In this document: piece after piece, positions 53,526 through 64,000 of the stretch | Numbering within the stretch: position 1 is the stretch's first letter | How the letters are laid out: each line of letters begins with the position of its first letter | From: Eledone cirrhosa | Taxonomy: Eukaryota | NCBI GenBank assembly: GCA_964016885.1 | Contig: OZ024753.1 | Span: forward strand, 25,668,001 to 25,732,000 | DNA: 64,000 nt | Reading direction: 5' to 3' | Translations under genes and position numbers: made by a program | The notes under the pieces: model-generated | What the model was told of the DNA's origin: nothing | What the model saw: only the letters and a program-made list of their open reading frames with translations | Databases searched by the model: none

Positions 53526-54623
53526 AAGAAAACACCCTCTTTTCGTTTGAAGAGAGTAGTGTTATTTCGACCACCTGTAACTGCCGAACAAATATGGCGA
53601 ACATCAGGTGACTGGTTGCTACGTTATTCTTACCACATTAGTTAATTGTAAAATTACATTTAGGGAACATCTCAAGCCTTTTCTGCAAGGGGAGGTTACT
53701 CTATAGGAGAAAGAGTGGAACAGAAGTACAATATCAAGTATGACATTCATGTCAATATTTTATGCCCTGTGTACTTAAACTTTAGACATACACAACTGTG
53801 TATTGTAACAGGGAACCCTTTTCAAAATCTTCTATGATGGTGAGTCCAACAGTTGTATATTTATTTCTGTATTTAGACTATGCTACGGGTTGTGGGTTGT
53901 ACAGACAGTATTGCTTAATAGAGTGTCTAATGAACGATGACTGACGATAAATTATTGTTTTAACTAATGTTATGGTCCCGTAACCCTTGAGGCAATCTTA
54001 GGGGCACCACACGGTGTTTCTTAGGGCATTTTAAAACCAGGCAGAGCCTATCCCTTTTCGAGGCCTGAGTTCAGCAGATTGTTTCCAGAGAGGATAGAGA
54101 AAGTAAAAGTTGGAACATCAGTGTTTAGAAAACCCTCACACACACACATACACACACACACTGAATCGTGCTTTCGAGAGGGGCTGTTTAAGCTCGCCTC
54201 ACACCTACATGTCCTTTGGCCGACTTTACAGAGCTGCGTTCGTGCACAACACTATGTAGAATTATATTCTTTGTCGTTTTAAGGCCCCAATAGTTTTACT
54301 GTCTTCCGACAGGTTCTTAATTTTACGCGATCTATTGTTATCCAAATACTGTAGTTTTGTCTGAATTTTTTTATGACTTGGTAACTAATTATGTCGACGT
54401 TTCAAAGATATGTGTAGGAATACGAGGTTTCATGCAGCTCGTGTAAATTATATATACAAAGATGATACATGCAGACAGAAAATCATATATTTCATACAAT
54501 ATACGATAATTAGAGAGAAATATGCACAGAAAGAAGACAGTTATGTCAGACAGTTATATAAGAAAACTGAAATACAAATAAGTAATAATTTGTGCGTGCA
54601 TGTGTGTATATATATACATGTAA

Positions 54624-54714
<91 letters not shown>

Positions 54715-54881
54715 CGTGTGTGTACATATATATATATATAAATACACACACACACATACACACACACACACATATTATGGAATCGGTGAAATAATTTCTT
54801 CCAAAGATGTTACTGATCAATGCCTTAGTCATAAGGCCACAAATATATGAACTAATATAGTTAATATGAAGTATTTTGAGA

Positions 54882-55060
54882 TATATAATATTTGACTAAG
54901 TTTCAGAAAGCTGTTACAATGGTGTAAAAATATATAAAGGGTGACAAATAAAACAAAACAAAGTAGTTTTACTCAGTATATTTCAGGGATATAACCCTCT
55001 TTTCAAAAGTATTTCTACCACACTGTACCCGCTTTCTGAAACTTAGTCATTTATTATATA
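54882..55060. repeat. Aged fold-back with a hammerhead 3'-half motif
   Basis: TGACTAAGTTTCAGAAAGC (54893-54911) pairs with GCTTTCTGAAACTTAGTCA (55031-55049), with degenerate pairing inward. Confidence 0.65.
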
Positions 55061-55361
55061 GAATATAATTATGAAACTGCACGATACATTAGTTAAGAGC
55101 TTTTAATGTCATATTCTTATGGAATACATTTATGGATAAAGGAATACACTGCAACAGTGTAATAACAATATAATCGAAACGACAATAACCACACGTAACG
55201 GAACAACAATCTTTTAAGAACCAACAATCCAACACGCTAACTAGAACTGTGAACTTCAACTTTGACTGATGAACTGTGGAACTAGTACCAACTTACTCAG
55301 GCCGCTATGTAGTGGTTCAGCCCATTCTCGCCAGGGGGCGTCGTACTCTCGTACAACAGAT

Positions 55362-55530
55362 TTAGGTACAAGGCCAACAATTTTGAGGTAGAGGAAAGTT
55401 GATTAAATCGACCCACTACATTACTGGTACTTTATCGACCACGTAAGGATGAAGGCAAAGATTTGAATATAGAAATAAAGGGTCGTAACTCTATGCTGCA
55501 AAGAATGTTGCTCGACGCTCTACCGATGCT
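55362..55530 (-). mobile_element. Diverged SINE
   Basis: Family core and head are recognisable. Confidence 0.8.
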
Positions 55531-56633
55531 GTTAAGTAATGAAACATATGCTCGAGAATGGAAACTCTGTAGCAATGGCCTCTCTTTGAATGTTTACTTC
55601 ATGTGCAGAGTATTTTTTATAAATCATTAATTTTCAAAATATCATATTTAATAACTAGGTTTTATAAAAGAACATGAACTACAGGGACCATTGTAATTAC
55701 CTTTAAAATATAATATCTAATATCTTAGCAATATCGCTCCAATTCTTGTCATTCAATCTACTGACAATTATTGAACAAGGGAATTTAAGTTTTATAACAA
55801 TAAGTATATTTTTTATTAAGTTTTATAAAATTTTCAAAAATTATGATCAGCTATAAAAGAAAAGATGTTGATTAAGTAATTTTGTTTTTATTATTTTCTA
55901 TAGATTAATTAAGTGGATGAGATATTTGACACGTCACATTCTGAATATGTTCATTATATTTCAGGAGTAAAAACTACAGTATCGTCTGTAAAGGAATATG
56001 AACTATAAACGTTGTTAAAATATAACTGTAACGTAATAACTTATAGTCGAGTAAGTTTCAAACATATTGTGAATAGCAATAAGTTTATCGCAAGAAATAA
56101 AATAAAATTATATTGTCATCACGACAACTGATAGTCTGTATTCTTCCGAAATAGTGATTTTTGTCATCTAAATCCTGCAAATCCTATAAAAGAACTGAGA
56201 AAGAAATACGCCAAAAATATAATCGAAATCGCATTTACACGAGATAACCAAAAAAGGAAAAATGTAAATAATATATATTGAAATCAAATAAGATTTTATA
56301 TTCTTGTATTTTCTGAGTTTCTCTTTTATTTTTTTACGATTTAAAGTAGGAAAATATAATTAAATAAGGGACCACTCCAGTAAAGATTATATTCTAGATT
56401 TTCTACATGTTGATTTATTTGAGGCACGAATACTCAGTGAAACCTTGTGTTATAACAATTTTCCCATTCTCGCACAACAAACGCTAGCGTAATAAATAAA
56501 GATTATATTATCTCCCTTTTTCTTAGTTTCTTATTGAATTCGAAATTCCTGTTTTTTACCTCGAACAGTGAAATTATTGGTTTGACAGCTGTGAATTTGA
56601 ATTTGTTAAAATATAAATTCGTATAGATGATAA

Positions 56634-56789
56634 AGAACAACAACGGCAACAACAACAATAACAACAACTACAACAACAGTAACAACAACTACACCAACTA
56701 AAACAGTAACAACAACGACAACAACGACAACAACAACGACAAGAACAGTAACAGCGACAACAACAACAACAACAGTAACAACACCACCA
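56634..56789. repeat. Imperfect (AAC)n
   Basis: Direct inspection. Confidence 0.95.
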
Positions 56790-57189
56790 GAATAGGAATA
56801 ATTTATTTGATTTCTAGAATTGTATAAATAAGTTCCAGTCTCGGATTAAATACGTTCAGGCATCTGTGTCGGCTACGAATTTAAATTCTACAGAGGTCAA
56901 CTATATCTTCCATTCTTTAACATGTAATAAAAAGGTACCAGTTAAAAAAAGTACCAGTACCGTGCTGTATCTGTTCAATTTGGAGTTGAAATCCCACCAC
57001 TTGTTACTGGAAAAATGGTGAGATATTAGGCCTAGGGCCTCTATCATTAAAAAAAACACCTCAAAATTTCTCTGCGATGCAATCTAAGCTGTCAAATATG
57101 AGCACATATAAACTGCAACAACAAAGACACGTGGGTAAAGATTCCGACTAAATACACTGCATAGTCTAGTTTAGTTTCTATAGTTTCTG

Positions 57190-57382
57190 CGAGGGTCGGC
57201 CGAAAGGTTCATAGGCTCGATGAAGGATCGATGCTAGAGCTGTGAAATCTTGCATGCATTAATATCAACTCCTCTTATTAATTTAATTATTTCTTTCCAG
57301 GAATGATGTTGAAAAATAAATCGCATTTGATCAGTCCATGAGTGTATCTTGGTTCACCGATGAAGTTTTCAACCGACCCTCG
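57190..57382. mobile_element. Mariner-type MITE
   Basis: TIRs CGAGGGTCGGCCGAAAGGTTCAT and ATGAAGTTTTCAACCGACCCTCG. Confidence 0.78.
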
Positions 57383-57395
57383 TGTATATATAGAA

Positions 57396-57519
<124 letters not shown>

Positions 57520-57563
57520 GAAAATGTTTAACCCCGAAGGCAGAGCTGAAGCCGTTTCGACGG

Positions 57564-57632
<69 letters not shown>

Positions 57633-57793
57633 GCTCCGTTAATTTGTTGAGCTATTTCAAATGTCCAATAAACCTGGCTGGTATTTTTAGTGGTGTAAGT
57701 TTGTGAGACACTCTAAGATACCATGTGCGTTATTATATATAGAACACTATTCAGTTCCTTAATATACTTAGAAGTGTCTAGGACACTAATTCT

Positions 57794-57869
57794 TCACCCA
57801 CTGATGAGCAAGAATTGGTAATTCTATTCACAATTAATATTGCGAAACAGCACCAAGCTGTCTGGGTGA
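57794..57869 (+). ncRNA. Canonical type I hammerhead ribozyme with a stable stem III; predicted cleavage after C57862
   Basis: TCACCCA-CTGATGA-GCAA..TTGC-GAAA-CAGC(ACCAA)GCTG-TC-TGGGTGA. All core nucleotides are canonical. Confidence 0.93.
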
Positions 57870-58047
57870 TTGGTAGTTTCTACAATTCCGGTTTGTATTT
57901 ATTTTCTTGATTTATTCTTAAATTGAGTCACGCAAACACTATTGTCTATAGTTAGTATTCTTTTCACCTTAGTGAATCTGGTCCGTTGCGATTGGAACAC
58001 ATATATGTATATATTTGTGTTCATTTTTCTTTTATATTTAATTATAA

Positions 58048-58125
<78 letters not shown>

Positions 58126-58534
58126 AATATATACATATATATAATATATATATATACATATATATAATATATATGCATATATATAATATATATGTAATAT
58201 ATATATATACATATAATATATATATATATAATATATATACATATATATAATATATATATAATATATATATATATACATAGCAACGCTAAGACAATGAAAT
58301 CACATTTTAAATACCGGGTATGCATTTATATGGATTTTAATGACGGATGGTCCGGTCAGATAGAAAAAAACGTAAACACTACGAAGTTTTAGTAAAAAAT
58401 TTAAAATCAAGAAATATATGCATAAGAAGGTAGATATATGAAATTATTATGTTAAATAATAAAAAACTTTAACAAAGTTAGTTTTATAAATACACATCGT
58501 TGATTAAGTCTATGAAAAATCATTGGTCAGTCTG

Positions 58535-58618
58535 ATGTCGATCGGATAAGTCGCACCCCAAAATTGTATACTTATTTATCGTTAAAAAAGTGCGACCTAT
58601 ACGTGAGTATATACGGTA
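58535..58618. mobile_element. Right end of a Tc2/pogo-like DNA transposon
   Basis: Ends ..GTGCGACCTATACGTGAGTATATACGG-TA, with an internal inverted AGTCGCAC. Confidence 0.5.
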
Positions 58619-60120
58619 TATAATATATATACATATATATAATATATATACATAAACAAATACATATATATAATATATATAGTATATATACATATATATA
58701 TACATATATACATATATATATACATATATATAATATATATACATATATATAATATATATACATATATATATACATATATCTATACATATATATAATATAT
58801 ATACATATATATAATATATATACATATATATAATATATATAAATATATATACATATATATACATATATATATAATATATATACATAAATATATACATATA
58901 TGAAGGTCCCTACCAACTCCACTAGAAACCCTAGAAGGAATAGGCCTAGAAATATCACCTGGCTTAACCCCCCCATTCTCATCTAATCTAGCCACTAATA
59001 TCCCTAAACACTTCTTCTCTATCCCATCTAAACACCGCCCCTCAACCATAGATATTATAAACTCTTTAATAAAAATAACATTAAAATCTCATTCTCCAGA
59101 ACACCTAACCTAGCTAGCCACATCGCATTCAGTAACCATCATAAACTAAGACAGTATAACTCCCACACTGTGGTACCACCAGCCCCATCAAATACACCAC
59201 GCCACTACACCAATACTTACTCTAGTAGCACACCTCCCCCATCAAATCCTTCTAGCACTGACCAACCGCTTAGGTTAAACAACTCTACTCTCACTAACCG
59301 CAGAAGTAACTGCAACTGCCGTTACCCTAATGCATGCCCACTAAATGGGCATTGCCTGACACCCAATATAGTTCATAGGTGCACGGTTAAAACTGCTTCG
59401 ATACCAGCTCCTATATCGGGTCTACCTCTAACCCTTTTAAGGTACGCTATAACGCGCACTCTTTTTCCTTCCGAGACCCTAACAACAGATGTTCGTCATC
59501 TCTGGCTAGGCTCATTAAAAACCTTAAATTAACCAACATTGAACACTCACTGACATGGGATATCTTGGCTAGGGCCCAATCGTTCAATGGACGAAGAAAC
59601 TCTTGTGACCTCTGTCTTACCGAAGCATATTACATAACTCTATCACGACCTCTAACGATTAACGATAGAACGGAGGTAACTATTAGCTGTCAACATTGAA
59701 GGGCTAATTCCTTCGCCAACAGAATATTTGACCCAACATAGTCATCTAGCCCCATTTTTACTTGGAGCTAATAAGTTAATTAGTTATAACTAACTTAGAT
59801 AATTATGAGTTACCTCCCTTACATTGTCTCTCAATTAAAAAATTAAAAAATTAGCACTTAACTATAAACTACCCACAATTTTTAATCTCTCGAGGAGGTA
59901 CTTCCCCTGAAACCACCCACTAATTAGTAAGGTAAATATGTCCATTGGCGGCCATCTTGTTACCCATAGGTAGATCTCACACAATGCAGCCTCGACAGAA
60001 GAATACTGCTCGACTAATGCAGACAATAGATATACCCAGGACGCCATACTGAAATACCAATATATGGAACATTACATTCATGTAACATTCTTTCCTTATT
60101 TTAATTTTTATTCCTTTGAA

Positions 60121-60239
60121 GTTCCGATGAGCTGCTCTATTTTTACCTATATTAATTATTTTCAACTGAACCAGATCAATAATGATCTATAATCATTTGA
60201 TCCAGAAATATTATATGGAGTAGCGAAACAATTGTAAAC
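60121..60239 (+). ncRNA. Hammerhead-like motif with a 94-nt stem II domain and CCGAUGA core
   Basis: GTT-CCGATGA-GCTGCTC...GAGTAGC-GAAA-CAATTG-TA-AAC. The 7-bp stem II base is fully paired. Confidence 0.7.
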
Positions 60240-60289
60240 GGACATTATTATTATTAATATTATTATTGTTATTCTCTACATTCCTTGCA

Positions 60290-60476
60290 GGCGGTGGATT
60301 GGCAGTATCGGTAGATAGTCGGACACCATGCTTTGACACATAGAGTTACGGCCCTTGGCATTTTGAGTTCAAATCCCGCCGAGGTTAACTTTGCCTTTCA
60401 TCCTTACGGGGTCGATAAAATAAAGTACCAGTAATGTACTGGTTAATTGCTGGCCTTGTGCCTAAAATAGAAACAA
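60290..60476 (+). mobile_element. Full-length SINE with a 21-bp target-site duplication
   Basis: TTATTCTCTACATTCCTT(G/A)CA at 60269-60289 and 60477-60497. The empty site is visible near 31319-31339. Confidence 0.93.
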
Positions 60477-60578
60477 TTATTCTCTACATTCCTTACATCA
60501 AACTAAAATATGTTGACAATCTTTTAATAATAATGTCTTCCTTGTGAAATTTGTGGTCTTGTTTTGCTTAACTAATGA

Positions 60579-60639
<61 letters not shown>

Positions 60640-60988
60640 CAGGAAAGAAGGTTTACATGGTTTGCTATACAAAAAAGTTTTTAATCACATAGCTTACATT
60701 TGTTTCACTGAACTGGTATGTCTAGAGATCGCTATCCGCCTAATTTTGCGTCACTCGATCGCCAATACAGAATTATAACCAGTCAGATCTTCGGAGCATG
60801 CGAGAATGAAGAAAATACACAGGCAAGAAAAGAAAAGAAAATATGGAGTAGTTATGGCATTCAATTAGAACAATAACAACAACAATTATTACAACAATGC
60901 TATCAATAAACTATTTAAGGAGACCCTGACATTACTTAGGTGGGGGGTATATAATGTATATACCTGGTTCCTTCCCACATTTCCTTCG

Positions 60989-61039
<51 letters not shown>

Positions 61040-61058
<19 letters not shown>

Positions 61059-61310
61059 TTACAACAGCTCTGGCTAGCAGAATATGGGATTTGAAGGACC
61101 AAGGTATCCAATATAAATTAGATTGGTCAATTTTGAACCAATCTAAAGAATATGCAAGAGGAACAAGAAGATGCGCACTCTGCATAAGTGAAAAATATTG
61201 AATTTTACAGAACCTTAAATCACCAAAAACCTGCCTAAATGGAAAAAAACAGATATTTTCACCAGTTGCCCACACATGAAATCACACTTGCTTTCCAGCT
61301 CATATAAACT
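61040..61310 (+). pseudogene. PLE GIY-YIG C-terminal remnant
   Basis: TALASRIWDLKDQGIQYKLDWSIL..RRCALCISEKY..CPH. Confidence 0.8.
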
Positions 61311-62765
61311 TAACCACCTTTCAGACACTTATCCTCCATAAAGTCTTCTTCTTCACATTCCTTAACTTACCTTCTTTACAGACTTCTCTTTCAGTTTCAC
61401 TTATCTTTTATTTTTATTTTTATTTTTATTTTTACTTCACATCACCTAGTGACCCACCTCCCTGCTATTTGATTCACTTACTTTATATCTTAACCTTTAT
61501 ACATATTTTACTTCCCCCTTTTCTTTCACTACCAGATATCACTCGTCGCTTGTGTTTTTAACTCCAGATATTTTCCGTTGTCCCTCAGCCGCTTTTATGT
61601 ATATTTACTTGCGTATATTTTGTATCCATTTATTCATACGGCTGGTTTTTATATATGTATGTATGCGTATGTGTGCATGTATGTGTATACGTGTTTGTAT
61701 ATGTATACAAACGCATTCGTATGTGTGCGTGTATGTGTAAATGTGTGTGTGTATGTGTGCGTTTACGTATACGTGTTTTTACATGTATATATATATATAC
61801 TTTTATATATATATATATATATGGTCGCGTGCGTGCATGTGAATAGATGTGCATGTATGTATATATATGTGTTTTGTTTGTATGTATGCGTGTATATGTA
61901 TGTATGTATGTATGTATGGGTGTATGTGTATGTATGCTTTTGTGCAGCATGTGTTTTTGTCTGTATGTATATATATTTATATATATATGTGTGTATGAGC
62001 TTGTGCGCATATATGCATTTTTTCTACTTTTTATTTATTTATTTTTTGTGTGTTACTTTATATATTACAACCCCTCCCACTTACTTTCTCTTTGCCTTAA
62101 TTTTTTATTCTTATCTTATATATTATTTCATTAATTTATCATTTTTTATATTTTTATCGACCTTCCGTCTGACACTGCGTTGACTTTATACACTCCCCTC
62201 CCAGTATATATCACATACATATATGTGGTTGCGCGCGTGTGTATGTTTATACGCGTGCGTCCTTTCATCCTTGTATGTGTATATATTTCAGCGCTAGTCC
62301 CTAAGTCTGTATGTACGCTGACTCCATTATCTTACAATTTCTATTTTCAACACACACACATATATATATATATTTGTGGTCACACATACACTAATATGTT
62401 TGCCCTCATGTATGTACTTACGCACACATTTTTTCACTATACACATACAGTTGTACATACACACACATGTACATATGTACATATATATGTGCATATACAC
62501 ACATTTACTATATTTCTTTATTTTTATTTTTTATACATCTCTTGTATTATTACTTTTATTTATTATTTTTTTGCCCGTTAAGCTTTTACCTTAATGCGGA
62601 CGTTTCTTGTATTCGTCTTATTCGGGAAACCTCTGGTAATGAGGTAATTAAACTGTATTGTTTATTATACATAAAAAAGAAATTTAGCTCTGTAACTTAC
62701 ACAGAGCACTCTTAAATTCCTCTGACTTTTTCAATTTTCAACGGAAACTTCAATTTATATATATA

Positions 62766-63115
62766 TATAAAGAAAAAGAGATGAAATCGAAAATGCAACT
62801 GGAGTCTTATTTTAAAAAAAAATATATATATTTATTTGGTTCCTTTACCGGTTTCGCAGTTCTTCTGCTTTTCAAAAGGTGAGTTGAGATGGAGGGTCTG
62901 TGGTTTTTTGAGAAAAACCACAGACCCTCCATCTCAACTCACCTTTTGAAAAGCAGAAGAACTGCGAAACCGGTAAAGGAACCAAATAAATATATATATT
63001 TAAAAAAAAAATAAGACTCCAGTTGCATTTTCGATTTCATCTCTTTTTCTTTATACTTTTACTCGTGTAGGACACCTCGGTTATTTTTCATTTTGTAAAA
63101 AAAAACCTCACTTTC

Positions 63116-63118
<3 letters not shown>
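62766..63118 (+). mobile_element. TA-embedded fold-back element, arms about 143 bp, 4-nt loop, duplicated hammerhead 3' half
   Basis: 62766-62908 pairs with 62913-63055. GAAA-CCGG-TA is at 62966-62975 and mirrored on the other arm. Confidence 0.9.
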
Positions 63119-63167
<49 letters not shown>

Positions 63168-63191
63168 TATATACATATATAGATACATATG

Positions 63192-63261
<70 letters not shown>

Positions 63262-63291
63262 TACATATGTATATATATACATATATATATA

Positions 63292-63355
<64 letters not shown>

Positions 63356-63370
63356 TATATAAATATATAC

Positions 63371-63455
<85 letters not shown>

Positions 63456-63536
63456 TATACATATATATACATTTATATATATATACATATATACATATAT
63501 ATATTCATATATAAATATATATATATACATATATAA

Positions 63537-63575
<39 letters not shown>

Positions 63576-63579
<4 letters not shown>

Positions 63580-64000
63580 GGGACCAGTGGACAACTGTTC
63601 AAAGGAAGAACAGAAAGCACCGAGACACTGGGAGCAAAAAAACCCAAGTAATGTGCAAGTTTTTCAAGAACGGGACATGCTGGCATGGAGAGACGGGGAT
63701 GGGATGCAGATTCGCCCACCCTAGGTCTCAAACGAACTATGCCCATCATACTCGCGCAACATGCCCCAGCCAAAGCCGAAATAAGCCGCTCCAGAAGTAT
63801 GCTGATGTCGCGCGTGCCACACCAACAAGGAGAAGGCACGCACATGCCGACGAGATACAGATGGCAGCAGCAGATCAGAAAAATTTTTTAGTGATGGCAG
63901 AGAAGATTGTGGGACAGCTGACCTGGCTGCATCGTCTCCAGAGCCAGGGTCATCCACACCAGCACTCGAGACCACCGCAGTTAAGGGACCCAGAGTGGCC
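63576..64000 (+). CDS. Open frame with a CCCH zinc finger, probably LINE (CR1-like) ORF1; runs off the window
   Basis: The frame containing ATG 63651 reads [25 protein letters not shown]...QKNFLV... with no stop up to 64000. It is absent from the ORF track. Confidence 0.6.

Larger units (their letters stand above)
58900..60580 (+). mobile_element. Penelope-like (probably Naiad-type) GIY-YIG 3' fragment and UTR
   Basis: NCNCRYPNACPLNGHCL..SYIGSTSNPFKVRYNAH..WDILARA..CDLCLTE..SCQH across frameshifts. UTR is shared with 30315-31419. Confidence 0.87.

Noticed and set aside
55255-55300. CTGATGA at 55266
   Set aside because: There is no GAAA, stem III or stem I partner.
62590-62650. GAAA-CC(TCT)GG-TA-ATGAGGTAA hammerhead 3' half
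   Set aside because: The core CUGANGA is absent and there is no mirrored arm, so it is too degraded to call.

Overview
This is AT-rich, repeat-saturated eukaryotic genomic DNA with no recognisable host protein-coding exon. The SINE, LINE and Penelope content and the very long (TA)n/(CA)n tracts suggest an invertebrate, probably a cephalopod such as Octopus (inference). Most ORFs in the track are translations of simple repeats. The real coding remnants are all decayed retroelements: a near full-length RTE LINE (3.4-6.5 kb), R4/Dong-like REL-endonuclease LINE pieces, at least five Penelope-like (PLE) fragments with RT and/or GIY-YIG domains, and a CCCH zinc-finger LINE ORF1-like frame at the right edge. 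There are also about 20 tRNA-type SINE copies, several mariner/hAT MITEs and many minisatellites. The main hidden signal is RNA structure. By eye I find about 14 type I hammerhead ribozyme (HHR) motifs from many unrelated families. They include a textbook monomeric HHR at 57794-57869, a compensated U3:A8 core variant, and a family with a U4C core and a 94-nt stem II. There is also a recurrent class of fold-back elements, mostly in (TA)n tracts, that duplicate only the GAAA/stem III/NUH half of a hammerhead and turn around inside stem II, which suggests cDNA snap-back self-priming. All folds were derived manually, no activity is demonstrated, and coordinates of decayed elements are approximate.
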